Of a stretch of DNA of 64,000 bases, positions 31,625-44,381 are shown in pieces. This stretch comes from Amoebidium appalachense (Eukaryota; Protista; Ichthyosporea): positions 5,453,962 to 5,517,961 of the forward strand of contig CAVNZM010000007.1 in assembly GCA_963693365.1 (NCBI GenBank). Reading direction: 5' to 3'. A model generated the notes under the pieces. It saw nothing but the letters and a program-made list of their open reading frames with translations. It ran no database searches and was not told where the DNA came from. A program made the translations under genes and the position numbers. The number at the start of each line of letters is the position of its first letter. The stretch's first letter is position 1.

Positions 31625-33448
31625 ATGACGTTCAAGTTCCTGTTCACCTCCGAGTCTGTCGGTGAGGGTCACCCCGACAAGATTTGCGATCAGGTGTCCG
31701 ATGCCGTTCTGGATGCCTGCCTTGCCGAGGATCCCCACTCCAAGGTGGCCTGTGGTAAGTGTTTAGTCCCGTGTCACTTCCTGGGTTGGTTGTTCTTAGC
31801 CTGTCTTACTTGGTGAAGGAAGATGCTAGAGTGCAAGAAGAGGAAGGGAAGAAATCAAGTTGGTTAGGAGTATGGTTTGAGCTTGGCTACTAGGCTGCTT
31901 TGAGGTTGGGGATTGGACAGCTTTCTGTTCGAAAGTAGGGTCACGTAGATCCTGGGGGCAATTTATGGGCTAAATAGAAAGATAAAGACTTCTAAGTCTT
32001 TATGAGAGGGTTTGGGACAAGCAAAGGCCCGACTTTCATAGCTGTTAGAAGTTTTGCTTATAATCTTCTTCTGCTTGGCAGCACTTGATACTTCGGTATC
32101 TTGTGGTTGGTTGATGTTGGTATACGCACATGCTGGGTTGACAGCAGACAAGTTGTGTTTGTTTCTAATTCTTTTCTTTCGTTATGCAGAGACCGCAACC
32201 AAGACTGGCATGGTGATGGTTCTCGGTGAGATCACCACCAAGGCCCAGCTTGACTACCAGCGCATCATCCGTGGTGCCATCAAGAAGATCGGCTACGATG
32301 ACAGCTCTCTCGGCTTCGACTACAAGACCTGCAACGTGCTCATTGCCATTGAGCAGCAGTCCCCCGATATTGCCCAGGGTGTGCACGTCAACCGGGACGA
32401 TCTTGATGTTGGTGCCGGTGACCAGGGTATCATGTTCGGCTATGCCACCGATGAGACCCCCGAGCTCATGCCCCTGACCTGCCAGCTGTCCCACGCCCTT
32501 AACGCCAAGATGGCTGAGCTCCGTCGCTCCACCCACAAGTGGCTGCGCCCCGACACCAAGACCCAGGTCACCGTCGAGTACGAGAACAACAACGGCTCCC
32601 TTACCCCCCTGCGCGTGCACACTATTGTTATCTCCACCCAGCATAGCGAGGAGGTCTCCAATGAGGAGATCCGCCGTGCCCTCAAGGAGGACGTCTGCAA
32701 GGCCGTCATCCCCGCCAAGTACCTGGACGAGAACACCGTCTACCACCTTAACCCCTCTGGCCGCTTCGTCATTGGTGGTCCCCAGGTAAGCTTTTTGTGC
32801 CTTTAGACGCAGTTTCTGCATGTTCTTTTGTGAATAGTGTCTTTCCCCAACCTCTTCTCTCCCCCCCCCCCCCTCTTCCATTTGAACGTCTCCCCCTACA
32901 CCGAAGCCAAATAATTCATTCTTTCCGCTGCTTGTTCTCTAAAACTGAACATGTATTAATGAACTTGCTTTGCTTGCGCAGGGTGATGCCGGTGTGACTG
33001 GCCGCAAGATTATCGTCGACACGTACGGTGGCTGGGGTGCCCATGGTGGTGGTGCCTTCTCTGGCAAGGACCCCACCAAGGTGGACCGCTCCGCCGCCTA
33101 TGCCGCCCGCTGGGTGGCCAAGTCCATCGTGGCTGCCGGCCTTGCCAGCCGCTGCCTCGTCCAGCTGTCTTACGCCATTGGTGTGGCCAAGCCCCTGTCC
33201 GTGTACGTGGACACCTACAACACGGGCAAGAAGACCGATGCCGAGCTGGTCAAGATCATCGAGGAGAACTTCGACCTCCGCCCCGGCGGTATCATCCGGT
33301 GTGTACCTCTCCCCTCCTTCCCCTTCTTCCCCCTTCCCCCTCCCCCCCCCCCCCCCCCCTCCCCCGCCCGCCCAGCGCACATACACCTCTAATCCCAATC
33401 CCTGTTTCGCATTCTCACACATCTCCACTCTCTCTCCTTATCTCGTCC

Positions 33449-33484
<36 letters not shown>

Positions 33485-33821
33485 CCCCGCCCACCTGGCG
33501 CACATACACCTCTCCTTCCCATCCCTCTTTCACATTCTCACACATCTCCCCTCTCTTTCCTTCTTAAATCGTCCCCCCCCCCCCCCCCCTTCCCCCTTCT
33601 CCGCTTTACGGTCATTAGTAGACAACTACTAGGGCACGTCCTTCAAACCATATGGTGCCCTAGTAGTTTTCTCTTTGCTCTTGAATACCCATGTTCTAAC
33701 CAGCCTCCCTCTTTACAGCGATCTGGACCTTAAGAAGCCCATCTACCACCAGACTGCCGCCTATGGCCACTTCGGCCGCAGCGAGTTCTCCTGGGAGCAG
33801 CCCCGCCAGCTCAAGTTCTAA
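31625..33821 (+). CDS. MAT: S-adenosylmethionine synthetase (methionine adenosyltransferase), 381 aa; exons 31625-31754, 32190-32785, 32982-33298, 33719-33821
   Basis: [32 protein letters not shown] and YGHFGR signatures; splice phases consistent; strong C-ending codon bias typical of a highly expressed gene. Confidence 0.98.
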
Positions 33822-36112
33822 GCTGCTGATATCCGTGTATGCATGATATAAACCCCCCACATCCGTAATTTCTCTTCGCTCCCCACGCGTGCAATGTAGT
33901 TGCATTGCCGCCTGAGTGTAGTCTGGGAGGGTGCTCTGGAAAAAAGCAGGTGAATGTTCGGCACTGCAGGTACAGTGCTCTTGTCCGTTATTAGTTATTG
34001 GTACTGTACAGACTATATGAAGATGGCCCTAAGCCTGGAGTGCGCGCGGTAGTGAAACACATAATTTTGATGCCAATTGCGTAGGTTCTTGGCTTTTGTC
34101 CTTGCAGCGGTGTTGTCGTTGATTCGACCCCCCTGCAGCATGAATAATAAATTTCCTTCGGGTAAATTATGTATAATCTGGCTAAGAACTGTTTCTTGCC
34201 TCTCTTCGATTACGAACTTCCAGCTACAAGGATGCACCACTGCACATCCGACATCCGAGGCGAGTTTTCCTTGTGCTCCCCCTTCCCTTCCTCCAACTTG
34301 CTCGAAAACTACACACAAGCACATGCACATAGGAAACACAATCACACATGCGCGCCAAAACTACGCACAAGCAAATAGGACACGCAATCATACATGCATG
34401 CACACTTGTGCACCTGAGGAAAACCAAAAGATAGTACGACACATTGTGCGCATCCCCTCAATCACACATGCATGCACACTTGCGCACCTGAGGAACTATA
34501 GCAAACATATGACCGTACGATTCTGTGAAACTCGGCCGGTACAGCCACACATGACCCCCCGGCTCTTCAGCTCCCCCTCCCCTCCGCCCCACACCACCAC
34601 CACCGATGCACCTTCCCCCTCTTCCGCACAACACAACTGCTCGCTCGCCCCTTGCTTGAAACCACTAGCACAATAACATGTATGACTCCCACTCCACACA
34701 CATGCGCCCGAGTCCCTCCACCACCACCAGCAACAAACACACACACGCACCATGTGCATTCAGAATACTGAGATTGCATATCCCCGTGCATAAACCTTGC
34801 TTACTTCTCCCCACTAACCCCCTCCTCCCCTTCCTCCTGCTAACCTGCTTGAATGATACTTTTTACCCCCCTTTCACTCACTTTTTTTTTAACTTTTTTT
34901 TGCTTTTTTGCCCTCTCCCGGCCCATATTATACGAGCTTATATTTGTTCTGTGTTCAGTCCGCCTCTTTTTTCTAGCAAGAATTCTATCTCCCGGAGGTC
35001 TGCCATGTTCTTACTTGACTATTTGTACTTGCGTTGCACACGAATGTTACAGGGTAACTCCGGTCTCTTGTACAAATATAGCCATCTCATGATTAAATCG
35101 CCTCTCCGGCCTTGCAACCCCATCATTTGTAATGATAGCCGGATTATTTTGTATATAATATATCACAGACAAAGGCTTTTGTTGCCGTCTTTTATAACTA
35201 TTATTGCTTGACGCAATTATAATAGGAGCCCCCCCCCCCACTAATGTATACTCTTTTTGTGTGCCAAGCTTTGCTTGTGCACCTGCATTGTCCTGTAGGT
35301 CATAGAGTAAGTACCTGGGTACTTGGCACTCTGTAACACATCCCCCCAACCCCTTCCCCCCCCCCCCCCACACACACACACACACACGCACACACACACA
35401 CACATGTACACGCACAACCGAGGCTCACCCACCCAACCACCCACCCATATAATAATGCATACTATCCACATGTAGAATGTGCTGTGCAATCTGCATTGTG
35501 TTGTCCGTGGAGTAACGAGCACTCTCCAACTCGACGATGGTTAAAACTTGTGACTCTTCCCATCCCCTTCCCCCCCGACCACACCCATATGCCCAAGCAC
35601 GCGTGCGCGCGCGCGCGCACACACACATATACACACACACAGTGTCATGTACGCATGCGCACACATGCACATGCACACCACTGTGACACACACACACACA
35701 CATACACACACATTCTGACACACATGCGCGCACATACACAGACACAAACACACGAACACGCACCACCCCCCCACCCCCACCCCCCACCCACCCACCCACC
35801 CACACACACACATTGTCACACGCACACACACACAAAAAATAGACAGGTAAAAAGAAATACTGAAGCATATGCATGCTGTTACAAAAACGGCCACGGGGCC
35901 GGGCCCAGTCACGGTAAGACCACATCCACGAGATCATGCAAGGTAAATTTAAGTCCGATATTTAGTTGTGTACAGACCACATCCACTCATAGTAAATTTA
36001 ATTCATATATTAATTAGTTGTGTACATCAAGTGGTTTGCAATGTGACTGAGTTCACACGTGACAGCTGTCTGAACCCCGATCGCGAACCCCCAGGACTTC
36101 GATCGGAGAGGC

Positions 36113-36150
<38 letters not shown>

Positions 36151-36355
36151 TTCCGTTTTCGAAATTACACTACATTTAGGACGCATCATCATTATACTTA
36201 CATAAGTTATGGGCGGTTTAGTGCCACGCTCATTGCCATAGAAGGTAACCGTTGGATTTTAACGTTTACTAGTTCATGATGTATTTAAATTTTGTTTGTC
36301 TGTGTTTACCACTTCCTCCTCCCCTTCCCCCAGTTCCCCCATCTCCCCCCCTCCC

Positions 36356-36392
<37 letters not shown>

Positions 36393-36811
36393 GTCATACA
36401 CACCCACACCCACCTCGACAACCCCCCCCCCCCCCCCCGCAACCTTCCTAGCCCTTCCGCCTTTGTTTGCAGTCTTCTCAACCTCTATGCTTCCCTGCCG
36501 ACTTCTCCTCCCCCCCCCCCCCCCCCCCCCCTCCCTCCTCCTCCTTCTTCTAACCTGTTCCAGTTATTACACCCTCCACGCAAATCGGACATATTACTGG
36601 AGACCCCCTATGTGCTTTTTGCGTGTGTTAATGCTGCAATTACTTTGTATGTTCATGTCGTTTGTCATCATGAGAGTATGTCTATAGACCACGGGGTGTA
36701 GAAGGTTGGACTGAGTGGGAAAGTGGCGATGGTAGTGCATGGTGGATGGGTGGGGGTAAAAATAGAAGGAGACCGCGCCGCGGGGGGGGGGGGGGGGGGG
36801 GGGGGGTGGGT

Positions 36812-36842
<31 letters not shown>

Positions 36843-37084
36843 GGAGGTGGGTTGGGGTGGGGGGGGGGGGGGGGAAGGGGAGAGCCGAGGTGAGAAAACA
36901 AGGAGGCATGGGATCTGAAGCAAAGTTAGCCATTTTGTTTTATATTAGGACTGCGGACTGCATGTACAATCACCGTAGTTTTGGTTGTCTATTTTTATGC
37001 TGGGATTTACATTTGTCCATGAGCAAAGCCTCCTTTAACTCGAACCATCTTCTCCTACCAATCTTATTGCACCTCCATGTGCAT

Positions 37085-37123
<39 letters not shown>

Positions 37124-37275
37124 ACCCACCCACCCAAAGCCCAACCCTCAACCCCATCCCCTAGCCTCTTAAAATCACCCCCCCCCCCCTCCCCCCTTCC
37201 CCCCCCCCCCCCCCCCCCCCCCCGGAAAAACACACACGCGCGCGCGCACACACACACACACACAAACACACACGC

Positions 37276-37322
<47 letters not shown>

Positions 37323-37811
37323 ACTCCTTCTCCGTAACCCCCTTCGAAGGTTCTGTTGTCTAGGGATATATGCAATATGTGTTGTTGGCATATCGCTCGT
37401 ATTACGGCGATGGACAACATTTGAGACTTGAGAAAAATGGCCATGCTTTTAGGAAATTGGAAGTACAATTGTTTTAAACTTTATTGATTTTTTTAAGTAC
37501 AAGGCTGCTGATGTGACCACTTGATAATAGTTGGTTTTATCCTTTTGTCTTTTTCCCTATCGACATATGCATACTTATTACTTGTTCCTCTTTATCCGAG
37601 CAAATTTGAACAATCGAGCCTAATCAGATTTATTCGTCCGAGATAAATCTATTTCAATTTGATCACTCAAACTATCGTGCTTAGACCATATATGGCTGTT
37701 TCCAGAAAATCCCTGTCATTTGACCGGCACTAAGCAAGCCATTAACCCCCTTTTTACGCAAAACCACTTCACACGACATCCTTGATGCCAAACACTTACT
37801 TATTGCCCTGA

Positions 37812-38005
37812 TAACGTCACTCGTATATATCTTCAACCTAATTAAGTCACTCACATATATATCATTAACCTAATTAAGTCACTCACATATATATCATCAA
37901 ACTAATTAAGTCATTCACATGTATTTTTAATCTAATTAAGTCATTCACATATATTTCTAACCTAATTATGTCATTCACATATATTCTAACCTAATTAAGT
38001 CACTC
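37812..38005. repeat. AT-rich tandem repeat, ~30-32-bp unit (AACCTAATTAAGTCA(C/T)TCACATATAT..), 6-7 copies
   Basis: Visible directly; ends ~20 bp upstream of the acceptor at 38026. Confidence 0.9.
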
Positions 38006-38655
38006 ACCACACGTCCAACCAATCAGATGCTGCCAAAAGCGTTGTCCGGAGTTTCCAACCCATCGGTACAGTACTCAAAGAGGACTCGACGGAGTGGGGG
38101 GTGTATGAAAACGACAGTGACCTGTTAGGGGCAATAAAGAAATGGAAGGAAACTGTGTTCTGCTGCCGTGGCACTACAAAGATGACCATGCATGACAGAG
38201 AGCACCTGAGGTGCGTGGGTGTGTGGGTGTGTGTGGGTGCAGACAGAGATTGGGGGGGGGGGGGGAGGGTTGGGGGGGGGGGGAGCCGGGGCGGGGGAGC
38301 AGGTGGAGGGGAGGGATGGGAGAGGGGGTGTATGGGTGCAGAGAGGGAGGGGGTGGGGATGGGAAGTGGGTGGGTGCGGGGGGGGGGGGGGGGGGGGGGG
38401 GGGGGAGGGGTGAGGGGATGGGTGGGTGTAGAGGGGAAAGGGGATGGGTGCAGAGGGGGAGGTGGGAGGGGTGGGAGAAGGGGCTGGGTTGGTGCAGAGG
38501 GCAGGGGAGGAAGGTGGGAGGGGGAGGAGGGCTGGGAGATGCACGGGTAGGGGTGTAGGGAGGGGGAAAGGAGGAGGTAGGTGGTGGTGGAGAGAGCAGA
38601 GAGGGGAGGGGAAGGGGCAGGATTTGGGGCGTGAGGGTGTGTACGGTGGATGTGT

Positions 38656-38714
<59 letters not shown>

Positions 38715-39419
38715 AGGTGTGTGTTAAATGTGCTTGTGTGTGTGTGTTTGTGTGTGTTTTTTTGTGTGTCCTCGGTGTTAGGGGTTGTACGAATAGAGTA
38801 CGGGAAGAGGGGGAGGGGCAAAGGGTGAAGGTACAGTGGAGGGAGGAGGGGGATATAAACTAGAATACAAGCACTAGAAAAAGAAAGACCTCCCCTCCCC
38901 CCCTCCTCCTCCCCCAACATCACACATACCCAGCGCCTCATCCACCCACCTTCCAACTTCCATCCCCGCATTTTTTCAGGCTCCAGGTTCAGTCGGGCCA
39001 AGACGAACCAAATTGGGCCCTGGGTTCTATAAATAGCACCCAGCTCTTGGCCCACTGCACCCCTGCCCCCTATGGAGATCTGCACACACACACCACTGTT
39101 CTGGATCCATCCGTCAGGTTGGCCTTTGAGGCTGCACCACCACACCTCTCCCTCGTCTCCTCCTGCCGTGATAACACAACCCCCGTGAATAGGTTGAAAA
39201 ACCCCCCCATTTTCCCCTCCCCCCTCCCCCCTCCCCCTCCCCAACACCCCTCCCCCTCCCCATCCCTCACCCCCTCTCTACCCCCTCACCACCACAACGA
39301 CCACCCAACACACACATACACCTCCTCCCCCCCCCCCCCCACTCGCCGGACTTTGGTGCCCCTGATTTGTTCCGTCGTGAATGCGTATTTCGAACCAACA
39401 CAATCCTCCCCTCCCCCGC

Positions 39420-39477
<58 letters not shown>

Positions 39478-39562
39478 CCTCGGAGAGTCCAACTCCCACG
39501 GTGGATAAGTCTAGTGTCTTTCCCATTTTATTTCACTATACATATGTATATATCCCCCCCCC

Positions 39563-39598
<36 letters not shown>

Positions 39599-39599
<1 letters not shown>

Positions 39600-39694
39600 A
39601 GGATGGGCCTTGCTCATTACACATACTCTTCATGTGTGCGGTTTGCTTTGTGTCGTCCGTCCTGAGTATGTACTTAGTAGTCTATAACACATTC
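39599..39694 (-). repeat. Family X, copy E (reverse orientation)
   Basis: Reverse complement reads GAATGTG..TACTAAGTAC...GAGTATG..AGCAAGGCCCATCCTC; flanked by C-runs. Confidence 0.7.
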
Positions 39695-40086
39695 CTACCC
39701 CCCCCCCCCCCCCCTCTCCCCCTCCCCTTCCCCCCTCCCCCCTCCTCCCCCCTCCTCCTTCCCCCCTTTGCACCTATCGCTTTCATCCCTGCCAGCCTCT
39801 TTATCTTTCTTTCATTCCCCCGTTCAACGCTCCCGGAGAACCCCTTTGTTACCCGTTACGATACGAAGCTTTCATTTCCCCCACTACCTCCATCCGTACG
39901 TATTGTCACGCGTAATCAATAGTATTGGGGACAACTAAAATGTTCTAACACCTCCCTCTTCCCCCTCCTCCCCCCTCCGCCCCCCTCCCCCCCCCCCCCC
40001 CCCCACACACACAAACACACACACCGCCCCCCTTTCTCCTCCCCCTCTATCCCCTGTCCTCCTTCCGCCCGCATCACTCCCCCCCC

Positions 40087-40121
<35 letters not shown>

Positions 40122-40806
40122 ACCACCCCTCCCACCAAAAAATAAAAAAACGAAATTGAATAACAAACAGCGCAATCACGGACGTTTTGTTCCTGGAGGA
40201 GAAACCGCAAGCAGGTGGAGACCCAGCTTGGTGGCGGCAGGGGGGTCCAACTTGAAATGCACAAACTCAACGTCTATGGCCCGGGGGTTTTTTCAAAGCG
40301 CACAAGGACACCCCCACTGACCCTGGCCGCATGATCGGCACTGTTGTGATCTGTCTTCCCTCCCTGCATGAGTGAGATGACCCCCCCCCCCCCCCTTCCC
40401 CCCCCCCCCCCTCTCCCCCCACCCCAGCGGCTCCTCCCCCGCCCTCCGAAAAGAAGACCACTTCCAATACCGTCACATCCAATCCCCCCTTCCCCCATCC
40501 CCCCCCCCCCCCCCCCCCCCCCCCCCTTCCCCCCCCCCACCCCGACCCTTTCCCTACGCAGACACGACCCACACACACACATACTCACACACATTGTTCA
40601 CCCACCCACCCACACACCCATCCACAAACGCACACTCCAAGCCAAACCCTCTACCTGATGTCCTGATGTGCTTCATCTCCACCTCCTCCACCCCCCCCCC
40701 CCCCCCCCTCCCCCCCCGTCCCCCCCCTCTCTCTCCCCCCTCCCCCTTGCCGTCACAACAGATTCTGTGTTTGCATACAAATCCCATCCCCCCTCCCCCC
40801 CCTCGG

Positions 40807-40883
40807 GAGGATGGGCACCACTGCAGACGCACACTCTTTGCGCAAACATTTTACTGTGGCCGTCCGTCGGCAATGTGTTCTAA

Positions 40884-40884
<1 letters not shown>
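40807..40884 (-). repeat. Family X, copy F (degenerate, reverse orientation)
   Basis: Reverse complement ends AAAGAGTGTGCG...GCCCATCCTC and shares GACGGACG with copy E. Confidence 0.5.
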
Positions 40885-40914
<30 letters not shown>

Positions 40915-42463
40915 CAAAAAAAAAAATCCAAAAAAAAACCCCAGCACCCGAACCCTCTACACACACGTGCACGCACACACGCACTCACACACTTACCCAC
41001 CCACCCACTCACCCACCAACCTACCCACCAACTTACACATCCACACACCCACACATACACCTACACACACACACACGCAAACACGCACACACACACCACC
41101 TATCTCGCTTCTCTCTCTTCTCTCTTTCTCTCTCTCCCCCCCCCCTCCCCCTCTCTCTCCCTCTCTCTCGCCCACCCTCCTTCCCTCCCCCATCCTTCCC
41201 CCCCTCCCTCCCTTCCCTCTCCACCTCCCTCCCTCCCTCCCTCCCTCCCTCCCTCCCTCCCTCTCTCTCTCTCAGGGGTGGAGAACTCACCATCAAACAC
41301 AACGGCCAGACCGTCACCTGCGACTTTTACGGGAGACGTTCCCGTCATCCAATGGGTGGCTTTCTTTGCCGACTGCCCCCACGAGGTGCTTCCGTACGTT
41401 CCGGCCACCGCATCACCCTCACATACAACATTCTATTGGCTGAAAACGACCCAATGGAAACGGGCGACAACGCGTCACGTGCCGCCGCAGCTGTCGTGTG
41501 TGCAACGCTGACCAGCCCTTGCGGCCAATCTAACATTGTGGTTAAAACAACGAGCGAATCACACGCGTCCATTGTGGGCACCGCGGACCAAACCAAGTTC
41601 GATGATTGGCTGACGGAGCTAACGGACGAACTGACCGACCTCGATCGGGGGTACCTGGGTGTGTTTTTGACCAACAAATATACAATGTCAGCACTGGAGG
41701 GCGGATTTGGCCTGAAAGGTAACGACTACCTCTTGCACCGCACATTGACCGACTGCGGGTTCAAGTGCGACTTGTTTCCCGTCGTTTGCGAATTCACAGA
41801 GAAAAACTGCACGACGACAATTACAACGTCTTCATGGATGGCGATGAGAAATCCGAGACCAACGTTTACGTATTTTCACAGGAGGAATACGGGTTTTTGG
41901 TGAGACGCCCAGGGTTCGCAAAACTGCCGCAAACGCGGTACCGGGCACGTTCGGTTACGTTTGTGCCGGTAGGACATAGGCCGCACGAGGTAACGATACA
42001 TGAAGAAAGCACACAGGGTGAGAATATGGGAAATTGAGTAGAACCCAGCTCCGTCGAGCGGATTTACATGACGTCGGCAATGGTATTCAATCACAAACTG
42101 GACGAAATCGGAGGAGGATCAGGAGATCCGCGAGGCGTCCAAATTGGATCAGGTCACACTCATCCAATCAGCAATCATAAAAGCAAACGACCAGAACGTT
42201 CCGAAAGACTGCCGAGCCGCCATTTTGGAGCACGTTCGACCAATCGGAGAGAGGCTGTGCGCTGATTTGGCCAATCAGAAACGGGAGAAGGAGAGCGTGT
42301 CATTAAACTATTAATATTCACGGAGGATGCGACTCCACTGCAAGGTAATGCGCCTGCCAGGCAAATGCTGTTTTTCTGTGTATTGAACTCTTTTTTTGTG
42401 TGAAACACTTTTTTTTGGCTGAACATTGTTTTTTTGGTAAGTTCAACACTGTATTCTGTGTAG

Positions 42464-42505
<42 letters not shown>

Positions 42506-42792
42506 GCGTTGATTTGTTTTTTTTCGTTCCTGTGGAACTTTTTGCGTGTCGGCGGCGGCGGCGGCGGCGGCAGTGGTGGGATGTGATATGGTTTTTGTTT
42601 TAGAGGTGGAAGGTTATGTTCTAGATCGGGTGGCTTATGCTGCTTTGGAATGGTTTTCTTTTCTTTCCTTTCTTTTTTTTCTTTTCTGTGCCTTCTCTTC
42701 TTTCTTATCTTTTCTTACACACACTCTCGTTTCTCTTTTCTATGGGGGAGGGGGTTAGGGGCATTTCGGGGGAAGGGGGGGGGGGGGGGGGG

Positions 42793-42833
<41 letters not shown>

Positions 42834-43155
42834 TGGGACAATGAGAGATATGGTGGACACGATATGTACCACCACCAACCCCTTTTTTCTCGCCTTTTCA
42901 GCCCAACCCTACAACAAGTTGTTCCTTTATCCTGCTCTGATTCACTCTATATCCACACAAATACTAAGGCAATGGCGCCTGTTTTCCATTAATCCCCTCC
43001 GTTTCCCCTCATCCCCCCCTCCACACACACACACACACACATACAGGCACACGCACACTCACATGCTTGCATGCGCGCACGCGCGCGCACACTCGCATAC
43101 ACACGCGTACACACGTACACGTACACGTACACGCACGTACATACACACGTACACG

Positions 43156-43245
<90 letters not shown>

Positions 43246-43429
43246 AAACCGCCACGTGCAAGGGTCGTAATTGCAACACCATCAACACGTTTCTTGCCGA
43301 CTCTGTCCGCCAACAACTGATTATGCAACTGCCGGCAGGAAGGCTACGTCACGTCAGTTTACAGCTCAGCATTGCGATTCAAGTTCATGGACTCGCTAAC
43401 CCAGCAAACGTCAGGTTTTGTTTCCCCCC

Positions 43430-43460
<31 letters not shown>

Positions 43461-43519
43461 AAAAAAAAAAAAAAACCTCCCCCTCCCCCCTTCCCCCCCC
43501 CCCCCCCCCCCCCCCCCCA

Positions 43520-43552
<33 letters not shown>

Positions 43553-44241
43553 AAAAAAAAGAAAAAAAAAGAAGAAAAGAAAAGGAAAGAAAAGAAAGAC
43601 CAACCAACCAAAACCACCTACCCCGGGAGGACCGGACCCACCCACATGCTTTTGGCATAGAGGATGAGAGAGAATGGGGACAGATTCAGGCTGGATTTGA
43701 TTGGACTATATGTGTGCTTGTCCGTCGATAATTGATGCAGTTTGATTGGTGTGTGATTAATGGAATGCTTTTTGATTGGTAGCTAAAAATTATAGTAACA
43801 TTTTCATGTTGATGAATTTTGATCAGTGCCTGTGTCGATACTCAAGGCAAACTTTTCCGGTGCTTTGTAAGGTGAAAATCTATCTAAAGCCTGATTTGCG
43901 GGCACATAATCTGGCCGCATTCGTTAGTAGTTTGATAGTATCTACTAATTTGACCATACGGCCGTGCATGTTCTCTGATTATGCCTACTTTAGTACGCAT
44001 GCATGATTAGGTCAGAGAGCATTTTAAACCAACCACTAGCGTCTGGGCGTTTAGTGCGTCTCACCAATCAAGGGAGAGAATCAAATTGTGTCACATTGCT
44101 GATGTCGACATACGACAGGGCCAGCTTCAGTTTCGCGCCTTTTTCAGGGCGACTACACGGTGTCATGAAAATTGTGCACAGAATGACGTCACCAATGTAG
44201 CTCGCCGCCCAGCGGCTAAAATGGGAGTAGCGGTGGTTGCT

Positions 44242-44381
44242 TTAAAGAGGTTTTTTTAACCGATTTGTAGGCCCTTTCGGGTCAGGCCAAAATGCTGTTT
44301 GATGCGCATCTCGCCAATCACAAAGCGTAAACCGCTTTTGGGCCTTACCCGACCCGGATCTCTGTTAGTTGCCCCCTTTAA
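44242..44381. mobile_element. Kolobok-like MITE, copy 1 (TTAA|AGAGG...CCCCT|TTAA)
   Basis: TTAA on both sides, purine-purine 5' end, body homologous to 50783-50926 (CGATTT..GGCC..CTTTCGGGTCAGG...TTTGGG.CT.ACCCGA.CCGGAT). Confidence 0.65.

Larger units (their letters stand above)
38027..42265 (+). pseudogene. Fe(II)/2-oxoglutarate dioxygenase-like gene with multiple frameshifts; exons ~38027-38210, 38980-~39130, ~40171-40371, 41276-~42265
   Basis: Motifs appear in order across shifting frames: PAPYG..TVLDPSVRLAFE, KLNVYGPG(G)FFKAHKDT..MIGTVVICLPSLHE|GGEL, QWVAFFADCPHEVLP(V)RSGHRITLTYNI (HxD...H...R); TGA at 42035-42037 interrupts GN*VEPSSVERIY. First exon not found. Confidence 0.75.

Noticed and set aside
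33822-34020. MAT2A-type 3'UTR METTL16 hairpins
   Set aside because: Only TACAGTG and TACAGAC plus a 6-bp stem at 33961-33978 are present; there is no UACAGARAA nonamer.
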